Shown here: positions 24,920-36,910 of the stretch, piece by piece
Position numbering within the stretch: the stretch's first letter is position 1
Layout: every line of letters begins with the position of its first letter
Assembly: GCA_965637545.1 (NCBI GenBank)
Contig: OZ281496.1
Coordinates: 13,516,001-13,580,000 of the forward strand
Direction of reading: 5' to 3'
DNA from: Phallusia mammillata
Taxonomy: Eukaryota
Length of the DNA stretch: 64,000 nucleotides
The notes under the pieces: generated by a model
Database searches by the model: none
What the model was told of the DNA's origin: nothing
Seen by the model: the letters and a program-made list of their open reading frames with translations, nothing else
Program-made: the position numbers and the translations under genes

Positions 24920-25689
24920 CTTTCGCGTGACGTGTAATTGTCTTTACGTTCTTTTATGTTTAAGTTATTCGGAACCGGTCACCTTTTTTATTTAAACTGA
25001 TGCAACGAAGCGTAGTTTTGGAAAACATTACGTTTGCGAGAATTGGATTTTCGTTTGTTACGACTTGTGTTTGCTATTTGTTGCTTCTAATTTTAAAAAG
25101 TTATTAAATTAGTGGAATGTAATTGAATTTCATATTTCACCAACAAAATAAAACCAACTGATGACTCATTAGCAATGCATATTGAACAAACCCATGTTGG
25201 GCTACATTTTAGATACCGCTTTTATCAAAGTTAATTAAATTAGATTTTAATCCGCCTTTTTCTAGGTACGGTACGCAAAAAACGTACCGTACCCCAGGTA
25301 CGGTACGGTGGTACGGTTCCGTTTTTTACATTTGGTACGGTACGCCCTTCGTAACGAGGTACGTACAACTGTAGGCGTACCGTACCGTACTGACATCCTT
25401 GCACAGGAGTATGTAAGACTGCCATTGTATGCCAAAATATAGGTATTTAAATATAAACATAGGTAAGCCGTGTTTGAGTATTTTGGGCAACCCATACAGG
25501 GTGGGCGTGATGGCCGAGGTGGGATGTATCTCCAGCGGTTTCCCAAATAAGCAAATATGGCTATTTTTGGGTATTTAAATGAAACACTTGCGGTCTCTTA
25601 AAACTACTTAGCGGTCACCAAAACCAAACTAAAAAAAACCTGTCTGCATATTTAAACTTTTGCAAAATTACCAATTTGTTAGTTTAGCC

Positions 25690-26490
25690 ATGTACTCAGG
25701 TGATTTTGAAAAGGCTGTAAAAATGTCCAGACTGGCAGAAGAAACTTGAAATTTAGAAAGTGGAGATGGGGACGAGGAAGTGTCAAGATCTAGGAAAAGG
25801 CCCACAAGGTTTGATACCTCTGATGAGGAAGAAAGTGTACCCCAAAAAAGGATGAACACTGTTGATGAACTGATGTTTTATCTGATGTTTGTTCTATTGT
25901 AGACCGAAATAAAAAGGGACCAGTGTTCAGCCAGGATCTTACAGATTCATTTCAAGGTTCGGGTGTGTCTAAGATTGTATAGCAAATGCTTTGTAAAAAC
26001 TTTTTATGCAGTGCATTTTGTACAGATGTCACAAATGAGGAAATGGATAGTATGGTACAAGCAGGAACTATTGAAAAAAGAATTGAACCAATAACTAGAT
26101 GTACTATTCATGGGTGATTGTACTGTTTTTGTTTGTCTGTTTCTGTCAAATTATGGCTGACATGTGTGGCCATTGTAACTCATCAGTTTATTTGTGTAGC
26201 CTAAAAGTATACACCACAAACCCTTAAAAGGTAACAACTGAACTTGTTGATTTCACCCTTGTTTTTTGTGCAGTATGAAATATGTGAAGAATTGTCTATG
26301 TTTCATTTATACTTGCAGAAAAAATTGATACAGTACTGGCACAACAAAAAAAATAATGGAAATGCTGCGGGCGAAGCAGCAGGATAGTGAAGATGCCAAT
26401 ATTTTGTTCGAAAATCAAATGAATACACAGGAAGATTTTGATCGATTGGAAATTAAACTAGAAGAAAGACAATTCCGCAATGCATCAGTA
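25690..26490 (+). pseudogene. Multi-exon relic resembling DUF4806-type transposon accessory proteins
   Basis: Exons DFEKAVKMSRLAEET*NLES..RKRPTRFDTSDEEES and QMNTQEDFDRLEIKLEERQFRNA; the family assignment is from recall only. Confidence 0.35.
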
Positions 26491-26880
26491 AGTGGATGCT
26501 GTTTCTCTTCCACGGGGTCATATTGACCATGGACGTTTGGGCGAAAGTTCGGCAACGTCGACTTTGTGGTGTTAGCACTTGGCTCTAACGACGTTGATTC
26601 AGGCAAATCCATCGCCAGCGTCGAAGCAGCTTACCGAAGCTTGGTTGAGGCGTCTTGCAGCGTGTATCCCCAAGCGCAGGTAGAATTGAGATAAAGTGAT
26701 TTACGTATACACAACAGTCAAGTGTTAAATGATCAATATAGACGTTCTTCCTGGACTTATCATCGGCCATAATCGAGAGCTTTGGCACGACCGCCTTCAC
26801 TTGTCTGACGTCGGTTTGCGTCATTACATGGCCAGTCTTGAGGCTCATATTCATGCCCTTCTTGCTGCTTCCAGCGTGCC
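26490..26880 (+). pseudogene. SGNH/GDSL hydrolase-like gene relic (copy 2)
   Basis: DAVSLPRG, DFVVLALGSNDV, GT donor after YPQAQ, then LWHDRLHLSDVGLRHY; homologous to the 12 kb copy. Confidence 0.7.
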
Positions 26881-26927
26881 AAGTAAATACTCATTAAATA
26901 CTTTTGTCTCAACAAGAGGTTTGATGG

Positions 26928-27416
26928 ATGATCCCGAAATATAGTCCTAAGATATTTCAATTTTTAGAGAAGTTATCCGATTTTGCCGAAAACAACGCGA
27001 CAAAGGAAACAAAAAAGAAGAAATTCCGAAGTCGGCTGTGTTTTGGATGTGTGGCTGATCACATTCGCCCCTCACCCAGAAAGGTCAATTTGCGGATTTC
27101 CCAGACGCCTTCTTCCATCTTTGGTGCCATCACAAGAGTTTCTGTTGGTGGAGCACAGGGTAAGGTGACCTTGGTTGCTGGACCCCCGCGCAAAGCCGAC
27201 AGTGGAGCAAAGGGTAATGTGACCTTGGTTGCTGGACCCCCGCGCAAAGCCAACCGTGGAGCGACAAATACAGAAAAGAGTTCAAGAGTTGTGTCATTTC
27301 TGGTACCCATACTCAACGTCCTCGTACTTGCAATAATCTGTCTTGGCCTGTTTACTTTGTTTTATTTCGCATTTATACTTGTGATCTGCCACGTCGGTTT
27401 CGTGGATCAGTGTTGA
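26928..27416 (+). CDS. Small basic protein with 18-aa repeats and a C-terminal hydrophobic (TM-like) segment
   Basis: 162-aa ORF with GA(Q/K)G(K/N)VTLVAGPPRKA twice and the hydrophobic tail FLVPILNVLVLAIICLGLFTLFYFAFILVIC. Confidence 0.35.
   Translation: MIPKYSPKIFQFLEKLSDFAENNATKETKKKKFRSRLCFGCVADHIRPSPRKVNLRISQTPSSIFGAITRVSVGGAQGKVTLVAGPPRKADSGAKGNVTLVAGPPRKANRGATNTEKSSRVVSFLVPILNVLVLAIICLGLFTLFYFAFILVICHVGFVDQC
27148..27262. repeat. 54-bp tandem repeat (about 2.1 units)
   Basis: gtggagca.agggtaa.gtgaccttggttgctggacccccgcgcaaagcc repeated. Confidence 0.9.
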
Positions 27417-27449
27417 AGCGAAAGCAAAGTGGTCAAAGAAAACATCATC

Positions 27450-28545
27450 GGAGAAAGAAATATTTAAAACAACAACCAGGTGTCAATTTGCATTTTTGTT
27501 CTCGTTTGCTACAACTGCCGACATTTTTTAAAACTGGGGGTGGGCCACATTTACACATTACTTATACGAAACCCGACAGCAGGCGGCACACCACTGCCAG
27601 TTGCAAAGGGTGTAACGAGTCACCACGACGCCAATACAATTAGCCACTTTTTGTAAAACTTTTTATTTGATGCGGTAAAAGTGTGTGGGACAGCAAGAAA
27701 ACCAAAATTAGTAGTAATGGATGGCTCAATGGCAATGTTACAGAGTTGTAAGAGGTGTACCTGGCGATTCCGACCTGCAAAAAACATTTGTTACCAATTG
27801 CTATAGCCACCCTATGAAAGCAGCAAAAATTTTACAAAACTTTAGTTACAACCTATTTTTTTTGGATAAACGTCATGTTTTCGTGCTCGACCGTTAAAGA
27901 GTTAGACGAAGCATTAGAAAGTTTTTTTTTATTTTAACCAACAGTGAAGCTTCTTCCTCATTGGTCCAATTACATTTCAAAAGGCTTAAGTCGTTCGGTT
28001 CGACAATGACGGTGAAACAGTTACAGAGGAAACCGACTATTTTTTTTACTGCAAAAGCATTGGACAAATTACAGGAACGCCATTCGCCATTTTACATCAG
28101 ATACTGACGTAAATTAGATACCGTTCTAGAAACGATATCTGATTCTATGCCTTTGACACCGAAACATAAAAATGTGTACAAAAATTCTGAAATTTCTAAC
28201 AAGGTTTTGGAAATAACTTTAAGCAGAATGTGTTCAACTTCAAAATTAATGCTTGGAGATATGTCCATACATATGCACAAAGGCACAACGTCAAATGACC
28301 AATCGCAAATGTACAAACAACATAGTGATCACTGCAATAACCTTAAACAACTGGGCCATCAAACTATTTTGCAAAACAACCGGACGCAGGGGATTATTGA
28401 ACAACATTTTGGAGATTTAAAAACAAATGTGATAGACGGGAAACGAATAGCTAGAATTGATGATTTTGTTGTAAAGTATTATCAAGCCATACTGATTTTG
28501 CAAAAACTTTTTTCTGATTCTTACATTTACCTCATGTCCAAATAG
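27450..28545 (+). mobile_element. Degenerate Mutator-superfamily transposase of NOF/Foldback type (copy A)
   Basis: YTLLIRNP..PLPVAKGVTSHHDANTISHFL, PKLVVMDGSMAML (D), CYSHPMKAAK (CxxH), NNRTQGIIEQHFGDLK (E); many stops and frameshifts. Confidence 0.7.
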
Positions 28546-28899
28546 AAATCATCAAATTTGTCGAGCAAGAAACTATTGACGCCTGTGGTGGAATCCAAGT
28601 TTTTTTTTCAAAAATAAACGCAAAGCCACAAGTTATTATTCTTCAGATTCTGCTTTAAAGCAGTTACAATACCGCTATGAACCGACGCTATGAACCGATG
28701 TACAATACCGATGTGCTTTTTGCCCTTTTTTTGACCCGGAAATAATGATTTCAATTTGCAAACCTGTTGTAGATTTTATTTGGCACCAAATTCTCCACAA
28801 CACCCACTCCATATTTGATACAGCCATAATCACCAAACGGCGCCATTCATTGTCATCTTTGGGCAAAACGTATTCCGCTTACTGAAAATTTTGCGCGTT

Positions 28900-30263
28900 C
28901 TCACAACGATGCGATGCTTGTGTGGTTAACAGATAAAGTTGTAGATTGCTATTGTTACTAGAACTGTCGCTATATGTAATTCTGTTTTACCAGGTAAATT
29001 TGCATGTGTGTCAAGTGTTTTAGCTGCTGAAATTTTGAATGGAAAAACATTGAGAAACTTGCAACGGACTTTGGGTTGAATAATAAACAATGACGGACAG
29101 ATATGTGAAAATGTTGTTTTACCGGTTTTGTACGAAAATCATTTTGTTGTGCTGTGGTTCAGTCAGCTGACTAATACACTGTTTTTTTACGATTCAAACG
29201 TTCGTGCTAACGATAAATTGAAACGTTTAATTAGACAACACATGATTCCAGCGTTTAAATCCCTTACCAGCCAAGACGTTTTATTGAAAGGTGATTGCAA
29301 AGTTTTCCAGCAAGATCAGTCTAGTTGCGGGTTGTGCGTCTGTTACACAGTTGATCGCCTTGCATCAGTCATTCTTAATATGGGCCATGCGAACTTTGAC
29401 GTTACAAATTATCGAATTTGGGTGGTGTACGCATTAGTTCAAGACTCGTTAAGTTGTAGTTTAAAAATTAGGACCTCTACGAAACAAAAAGTTATTGTTT
29501 CAGTTGGTTTGCCGAACAAGTTTAATAACTGCTGGATGAACTCTGTACTGCAGAGTATGCGAAGCTGTTTTGTTGATTTGCCCAATGATAATAATCTCGA
29601 AGAGAGAGTCGCGAACGTAATTTGTGACCTCCGACTCGGCAAAGTAGAAGAGGCTGCTTACTTTGGATTGGTTCGCGATATGTGTTGTCATCTTGGTTGG
29701 GTTCTGTAACTTTTTGATTTCCAATCTGTTTTTAAAACTTGTAATTTGGATTGTACGTTTCAATTTCACACAACGAAAACTTGCAAGTCATGTGGCAGAG
29801 AATCTAAATTTGTTAATGACCAGTCAGTGTTAGCTCTACCAGTTTTTGAAACAATTCCAGACAACAGCAACATAAGCGCATATTGTAAAAGGAATTTAGT
29901 GGAATAAGTCTCGGCTACTGTTGTTGTTGTAACGTAGAAAATGAAATCGTCTTTGAATCGCGACTTGATGATCTATCCGACATTTTGTGTATTGTATTGC
30001 ACAGAAACGCGACAGGTCAAAAAATAAACAGACCCGTAAAGACGACGAAAACTTTGTCATTTTGTTCCGCATCCGAAACGCATGTTTATCAGTTGTTGTC
30101 GGTTGTAATTCACGTCGGATCGAAAGTTGATTCAGGTCATTACATCATTTATGAATTTAATGGCGATAACGTGACTGAACTGAACGATTTGTCGGTCATG
30201 GATATGTCTTTGGACTGTGTTGGGGACAAAATTTCTACTGGAGTTTGCATTTTGTATTATTGA
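28900..30263 (+). pseudogene. Ulp1/C48 SUMO protease domain fused to a USP/C19 deubiquitinase domain (transposon cargo)
   Basis: WLTDKVVD; NHFVVL..FFYDS..QQDQSSCG (H-D-Q-C) and GLPNKFNNCWMNSVLQ (USP Cys box) lie in one ORF (29128-29709); CKSC finger; YQLLSVVIHVGSKVDSGHY..ELND (His box) in 29985-30263. Confidence 0.8.
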
Positions 30264-30739
30264 AGACGTGCAATAAATTCTGATGGTCACTCCAGTGAAA
30301 GTGACGATAGTCAACCTACGATTAAGGTAGTGCCTAGGAAGCGTCGTCGCCTCCACGCATCAACCGTTGAAACAACGGAACGAATAGTTTACAGGAATAT
30401 AGATTTTACGCAGTCAGACAAGGAAGAGGTAGTGGCGCTTTCTGGTCCAGAGATACTTGAAGCTTCCGTAGCAGAAGTTTACGAATTTGTCCGCTATGTC
30501 AAAGTCGTTTGAGGTCGGCAAACATGAACTTGAGTGTTTTAAAATGTAAATTTATTACATGTAAATTTATACCATTTTTTGTTATGTGAATTGGCATTTA
30601 TACATTTCAAAAACATCTTAACCCTGAAATATTGAATGAATGTATATTGGAGATTGTGTGTTAATTAGTTTGCACTGTTGCGGTAAATCAACCGTGCACA
30701 TCGATACTGCTGAACATTATATAAGTATTCGATAAACAT

Positions 30740-31255
30740 ATTATTCGCTGAAAATTCTTCGCTCCAAAACTTCATTATTACTATATTGTTACCTATGCTC
30801 TGGTGTACATCTGTGCCCAATTTTATAAATTTCTCATTTTCGGACAGTGTTTGAATTAAGTTGCAAACGTCAATAAGTTGTGTCACAGGGCGATTATGCT
30901 GTGCTTGTTAAAATACAAGTGCTGAAGAAAAAGTTATTTTGCTGAAAATTCTTTAATCGCTCCAAATATTCATTATTACTATGTTGTTAAGTATGCTCTG
31001 GTGTACCTCTGTGCCAAATTTTATACATTTCTTATTTTCGGAAAGTGTTTAAATTAAGTTGCAAACGTCAATAAGTCGTTTGTTATGTCACAAGGCGATA
31101 ATGCTGTTCTTGCTAAAATACATGTCTTGAAGAAAAAGTTATTTTGCTGAAAATTCGTTAATCACTTCTAATATTCATTATTACTAAATTGTTAAGTATG
31201 CTCTGGTGTACATCTGTGCCAAATTTTATAAATTTCTTATTTTCGGAAAGTGTTT
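30740..31255. repeat. Tandem repeat, about 2.6 units of ~190-200 bp
   Basis: gctgaaaattc..ttcattattacta..tatgctctggtgtac.tctgtgcc.aattttata..ttttcgga.agtgttt recurs near 30745, 30940 and 31145. Confidence 0.85.
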
Positions 31256-31399
31256 ATTTGAGCAGCAAGTGCGGAAAACGCTAAAAAATAAAAAGACCAT
31301 GCGTGTATGTAATGATTTTTTTTGTTCTTTGCATGTGATTTGCGACTAATACAATCTGACGGCATTGCATTTGAAGCTTGACTTCAGCCATTATCAAAA

Positions 31400-32366
31400 A
31401 GGCCACAAAAACTACCATTCGATTGTTGTAAAAAGGTCATTAACGGCTATTTAAAGCCTTGTGCAGTGGAGCGTATAAAAATTCTCTTTTGGGCACAGTT
31501 TATTCTGCCAGAATGACAATAGTATGTGTTTGCCACCAACACTTCACACGCAGTTTGGAAATTGCCAAAACTGGTCGAAATCTTCGGCAATTTTAACCAA
31601 TCTTGCCTAGATGGAATAGACATGACCTCGTTTAGCAATGTCTCCTATATAGCAGCACATGTTTCCGGTACAGCATGGCATATTATCGATTTTGATGTTC
31701 GGAAGGATGCGGCAAATGTGGAATAAGAATCGCCAGTGGCTAAAAAACTACAAAACAGCAGAACGGCTTTATAATCGCAGGCTGATTGTAATTTTTTAAA
31801 GCCCACCGAAACGTCAGTGCAAGGTGTTCTTCAACGGAAATGCATGTTCATAAATGAGTTGTTTGTTTCTTTATCTTACGTCCAATTTTTTGCGCTAAAA
31901 ATCAAACGCTTCTGGCGTCATTCGAAAATAGGTCCAAAACTCGGAAAGTCTTTCAAAGCGTAACCCCAAAATTAAACGAGGAAATTCACCTAAAAGAAGT
32001 ATGATTAGCTTAAAAAATCAAACTGTTTTTTCTGTATGAAACCTTTCTTAACTTACCAAGTTCGGTCCCTCGCTGCAAAATCGGATGGACTCGCCACCGA
32101 CGCGCCCGTCGTTTTTTAGAGCCATTCTCCTAGCTATCAATAGCAAGGCTACGTTTCTATTTTTTGCACTAACCATAATACAAATATGTGTTCGTCTTTT
32201 ATTGTGTCAGTAAAAAGAACTATGAATGACAATGCTTCTTGTGCGACAATAAACAACTAATAAGCTTGCAATATGCAAGTCACGCGAAATTGTTACCAAT
32301 AGTGCAAACAGTTGATCACTTGCGCGGCGTGCCGCATTGCGTCCTGTGTTTTGTGTCAACGCACCT
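31400..32366 (-). mobile_element. Degenerate Harbinger element (HARBI1-like transposase plus one TIR)
   Basis: FLATGDSYSTFAASFRTSKSIICHAVPETCAAI..IPSRQDW at ~31540-31745; end gtgtcaacgcacct followed by taa (Harbinger-like TIR and TWA target). Confidence 0.7.
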
Positions 32367-33989
32367 TAATTCCGACCAGTCTGTCTGAAATGCAGAGCGC
32401 GTGATGAGCGAAAACATTTTTTTTCCTTCCAATGTAAATTAACGTAAACGCTTCCAAGGCATATCTTCACGTGAAAACTTGAAACTCACACGTCCCTTTA
32501 TCTTTATGCTGTTTTGTTACCTTATTCGTACGCTGCTAAACGTTCTGTTCTAACAAAAAATTTTGCATTATTTGTAAGCTGTTAAACATTTGTGCCGTGC
32601 TGTTTTACCAAAATAGGAAAAATACGTATTACTTTAATTTGGGGCCGACACAACACGAATGATACGTCCTGGCGCCACTGGGTCTCCTTTTTGATTTATC
32701 ACATGAAGAACCATTAAACGATTGCTGGTTTCAGGTCCCTGAAATCGAAAAATTCCCCATTTCAGGCCCAGTTGTCACCATAGCAGGCGATGGGGCAGGA
32801 CAGTCATTGCGTTTGACCCCAGTGATTGTTACAATCTAAAAATCTGAGCCTCCATTGCTAAAAAATGTACTGATTGATTACGCAAACAAAAACAAATGGG
32901 CTGCCACACACCAGTGAGATTGGTTATGGGATTAAAATGGTACACATTATTTTAGATTCATAAGGACACAACAGTAAACTAAACCATCAACTTCAAACTA
33001 CTAATTTTTTTTAGTCAAATTAACTTTACGTCATTCTATTGTCATATTTTTATACTCATGAGTATACTGTGGTTAAACCGTTCATTGTTATGTCATACAT
33101 TCAACAGATAACCAACACATGTAAAAGAATTTTCGCACCGAACACACATACATCGCATTCACCGTGTGGTCTAGCTGTCGTTTTGGAAGCGATGCTACAA
33201 ACTTTGTGCGACAAAATATCTCTGGTTCCATTGCATTTAATGGGAAAGTTAGAATACGGGTGTTGGGAATGATTGTAAACACGCAAGGGAGGTGCGTGCC
33301 AGCTAAATATGGTAAACTGATTAAGAATATATCACCACACTTTAAACTGCTGGCTTTTCCCTGTGCGTCAAAATTACTTTTATACCACAAGTAAAGAAAC
33401 TGTTCTAATATTATCTTTTAACAGTATTCCTTCAGCAGCTAAGATATGACATCTTCACGCGAGTCCGATTCTGGAACTGATGTTTCAAGTTTGGACGTTC
33501 CTTCGGAATCATCAGATTTTGATGTTTGTTTCAGACATACAAAAATTGTTATATATATATATATATCCAATATATATATAGAAGTGTGTGCAATAGCATG
33601 TATGTTTGTTTGTGGTACAGGCTATCAAAGAAAAAAGAAGGTTCATTGTAAAAGGTATGCCATCTGTTCTGTAAGGTTAAATAATCCATCTGTCCCCTTC
33701 TAATGTTTACATTTGTGCAGAAAATGCACATGCAATACTGTACTTGTATTTTGCTTCGTGTAGTTTGCACATTCGCAGTTCCTTCATTATTTTATGACGG
33801 AATGGGTCCTGTGCAGTAGTAGCAGTGGAGGCGGTAGAAGATTGCAAAAACCGCGGTCAGCGATATATAAATGTAACACATCACAGAAAAAACAACATCC
33901 TAATATAAAGAAAGAGGAGTTCCTGTATGATAGCCAGCTAAAAGTAACAATTGAAAATTTTGCAGGTTTTCATTGCTGTTAGGGTTGTA

Positions 33990-35000
33990 AAATGGCTAGA
34001 GAGCCACATAAAAACATGCATAAGAAGATGATGATGTTAAATAACTCAGAAATAAAGAAGATGAGAAGTGGGTGCGATCTTGGACAAAGCAGACTAAAAT
34101 CTATTTTGGCAAGATATCAAATATGCATGATGGAAATCGGCAGTGGAAAGAGACAGGCAATAGATGAAAGCACAGCAAAAATTTACTGTAAAAAATATCT
34201 TGCTTGCTGCAAGATATAAACACTTTACACCATCCCTTACAGGTTTATAGAAATTTGTGTGAAAGGGTGAACCGTGAGGGGAAGGATGGTACAAAATATG
34301 TCTATTTGTCTACCATTTTAAATTTTTGGATTTTCTCCAATTGGAATATAATGAATGCAACAAAGGTGCAGTAAAGGGAATGAAAGTGTATGTAAAGGAC
34401 TGGTTGTTAAAACAGAGAAAGTTATATGAAGAAGAAAGCACGAATAAACCTTGAAGGCTTGGAATTTCCATTGAATAGTGAACATAAAAAGGAAGTGGAA
34501 AAATTGATGCACAAAAGCCTTCTTAAACTGGACTCGACAAAACAATATGTGGCAGCATGTTTTCACGCATAATATGTAGACTTGCATGCACACATAGGTT
34601 GTAGACATGTCGTTCATCATTATTTACTGGAATGAAAATCAAAGAACTTCATGAAGCTAAAACAGTTGAAGAAGGGATGTGGCGAATATTGGTGGAAGAA
34701 CAAAAACGACATGGGGCATAGTTATATCTGAAGAATTAAATGCTTTATATTAATACCCGCATTTGGGTGTATTCAAAAAGCAACTGCGAGGAGCGAGGCT
34801 TTGTTTTCCCATCATTCTTTGGAAAAAATGCTAGCAAAACATGTCATCCTCCCAATTCAATGCAATATTTTTGAAAACAACCCCACACATTTTCGACAAG
34901 GCACTAACTGTGACAGAAATCAGAAAACTGATAGCCACGAGGATGAACCATATCCGCGCTGAGTTTGAATTCTTGTCAAAAATCCGACTCAAGCAGAAGC
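33990..35000 (+). pseudogene. Tyrosine-recombinase-like relic
   Basis: CRSSLFTGMKIKELHEAK..WRILVEEQK, GFVFPSFFGK..MSSSQF..LTVTEIRKLIAT resemble the R, K and xxxRK boxes of animal YR proteins; the terminal H/Y box is missing. Confidence 0.5.
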
Positions 35001-35149
35001 TGATGACGCTGTACGGCCGTTATACTTCGTGCATGAGCGAGAAAAGCACCTTTCTGCACTATGAAAGTATTGTGAAATGAATACACACAAGAACTAGAGT
35101 CAAACAACACTATCCATTAAATTTGCTGGTAACTAGTTCACCCAACGGC

Positions 35150-35581
35150 ATAGTCACAACTACCTACCGCAAGCCCACCCGCAGTGGACTCTAAAGCAAG
35201 TGGGATAGTTTCGTACCACACCACCATAAACGCAACGTCGTTAATTGCCTCCTTGAACGGGCATATAACATCTCAAGTTCCTTCAAATTTATGGACCTAG
35301 AGTTTGGAACAGTAAAATCCATACTTGCATTCAATGGATACCCTGCACCTTCCTTGACGGATGTATCAAAGGATTTCTCAACAAATGCCACCATCACACC
35401 ACAATTCGATCGGAAATCACACATTTTGTGACCATGCGTCTGCCATTTGTAGGCTCTACTTCATACAACATAGCGCGAGAGTTGAAGTGATTTGTGAAAC
35501 ACACGATACCTAATGTGGGGCTAAGTGTTATCCACAAACCGACAAAACTTGCAACAACCTTCGCTGTAGTGTTGCATACTG
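35150..35581 (+). mobile_element. Penelope-like element fragment (RT C-terminal region)
   Basis: TYRKPTRSGL*SKWDSFVPHHHKRNVVNCLLERAYNISSSFKFMDLEFGTVKSILAFNGYP. Confidence 0.75.
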
Positions 35582-36910
35582 CAGGGGTGTGCAACCTTTA
35601 TTACAGGAGGGCATAGGCTTTCTGGCAGTTGCAGACACAAAACTAGTTTCTTAACGCTATTGATCTGATGGCATCGTTATGGGGTAACCTCCTTGCAAAA
35701 ATAATAAGTTAAGACGCATAAAATACTGAAGAAAACTGCTATCCAAATTTGTTGTCACACCAATTTAGTGAGAAATTTGCAGCTGACTTCTTTTCCCGCC
35801 GAAAAATTTGTTTTAATGGATGTGCTTGCAATTCGAAGTCTATTTTTAAGTGTTCGTCTGTCAAAGCCGATCGATAGGGGGATTTCATGACGACCATTTT
35901 TGAAAAAAAGTTGTTCGCACAAATACGTTAAGCCAAAAAGGGCCATTTTTGAAGGCATAAATTTGTTTAAGTGTGGAAAGTTTCCTGGGTTGAGATGTTT
36001 TCGGTAAAAATCGCCAAGATTCATTTCTAGATACTTTGCTTTCAAATAAGTATTCTCAAAAGATGATTAATCAGTCCAAGTTGGATATCAACTGGTGCTT
36101 TGTCAACGTCTGTGTTGAATGGCGAAGAGAATATTTTGAACAGATGTTCATGAGATTTGAAGTTTGTCACACGAGACAAAGCTTCATACAACAATTTTTC
36201 AAGTTGGTCTGCAAATTCAGTTTTTTTCTAAGGATGCATTCCACAGTTTCTCAAAGTTGGATATTGGAAAAGATTTCCTGTCTGTATGTGAGCTTTGCAC
36301 AGTAGTAATTTGTTCATGAAACCTTTTATGTGACCATACATTTCATTTCCATACTCGCTTTTTCGCTGGAATCTTGTATTAAGTTCATCTGGGTGCGTTG
36401 TTATATCAACTAAGAAAGCTAGATCACATAACCAATTTTCGTCTAACATTTCATCTACTGGGTGCCTTTGAAGTTTCAAAAAAATCGCGACTTCTTTCCG
36501 CAGTTAAAAATCGTCGCAACATGCAGCCCTTGCTTAACCAACGTACTACGGAAAAGTACACTAGATCTTGATGTGTAGTGTTGAGGTCATCCAGAAATTT
36601 TGGAAACTAACGCCCGCGTGCTCGAATGAAATTTACTGCCTTCATTACCGGGGTCAAGACGTGTTTGAATTTTGAGGACTTTGCACACAATCATTTTAGG
36701 GCACGTTTCTTGTGCTTATCGATAAGACACTGCTTTACAAAATTACCTTCGGAATATTGTTTCATAGTTTGAGCTATTTTCTGTGCAATTAAGTAACTAC
36801 ATCGGTCTGCTTTTTCGTTATCGCTATTTATTTTTTGAATCATCGAACGCTGGCTTTTTAATTCTTCCTGCATTTGCTTTGCTTTCATCTTTCTGTTTTG
36901 TCTGTCTAGC

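Larger units (their letters stand above)
17367..25401 (+). mobile_element. hAT DNA transposon carrying a nested Gypsy element
   Basis: 26-bp TIR caaggatg(g/t)cagtacggtacggtacg with one mismatch; gtacg subterminal arrays at both ends; intact transposase 22910-24919; flanks gttacagg / cacaggag are not a TSD. Confidence 0.9.

Noticed and set aside
25820-25836. ctgatgag..gaaa as a hammerhead core
   Set aside because: No stem II or flanking stems; it is coding sequence for SDEEES
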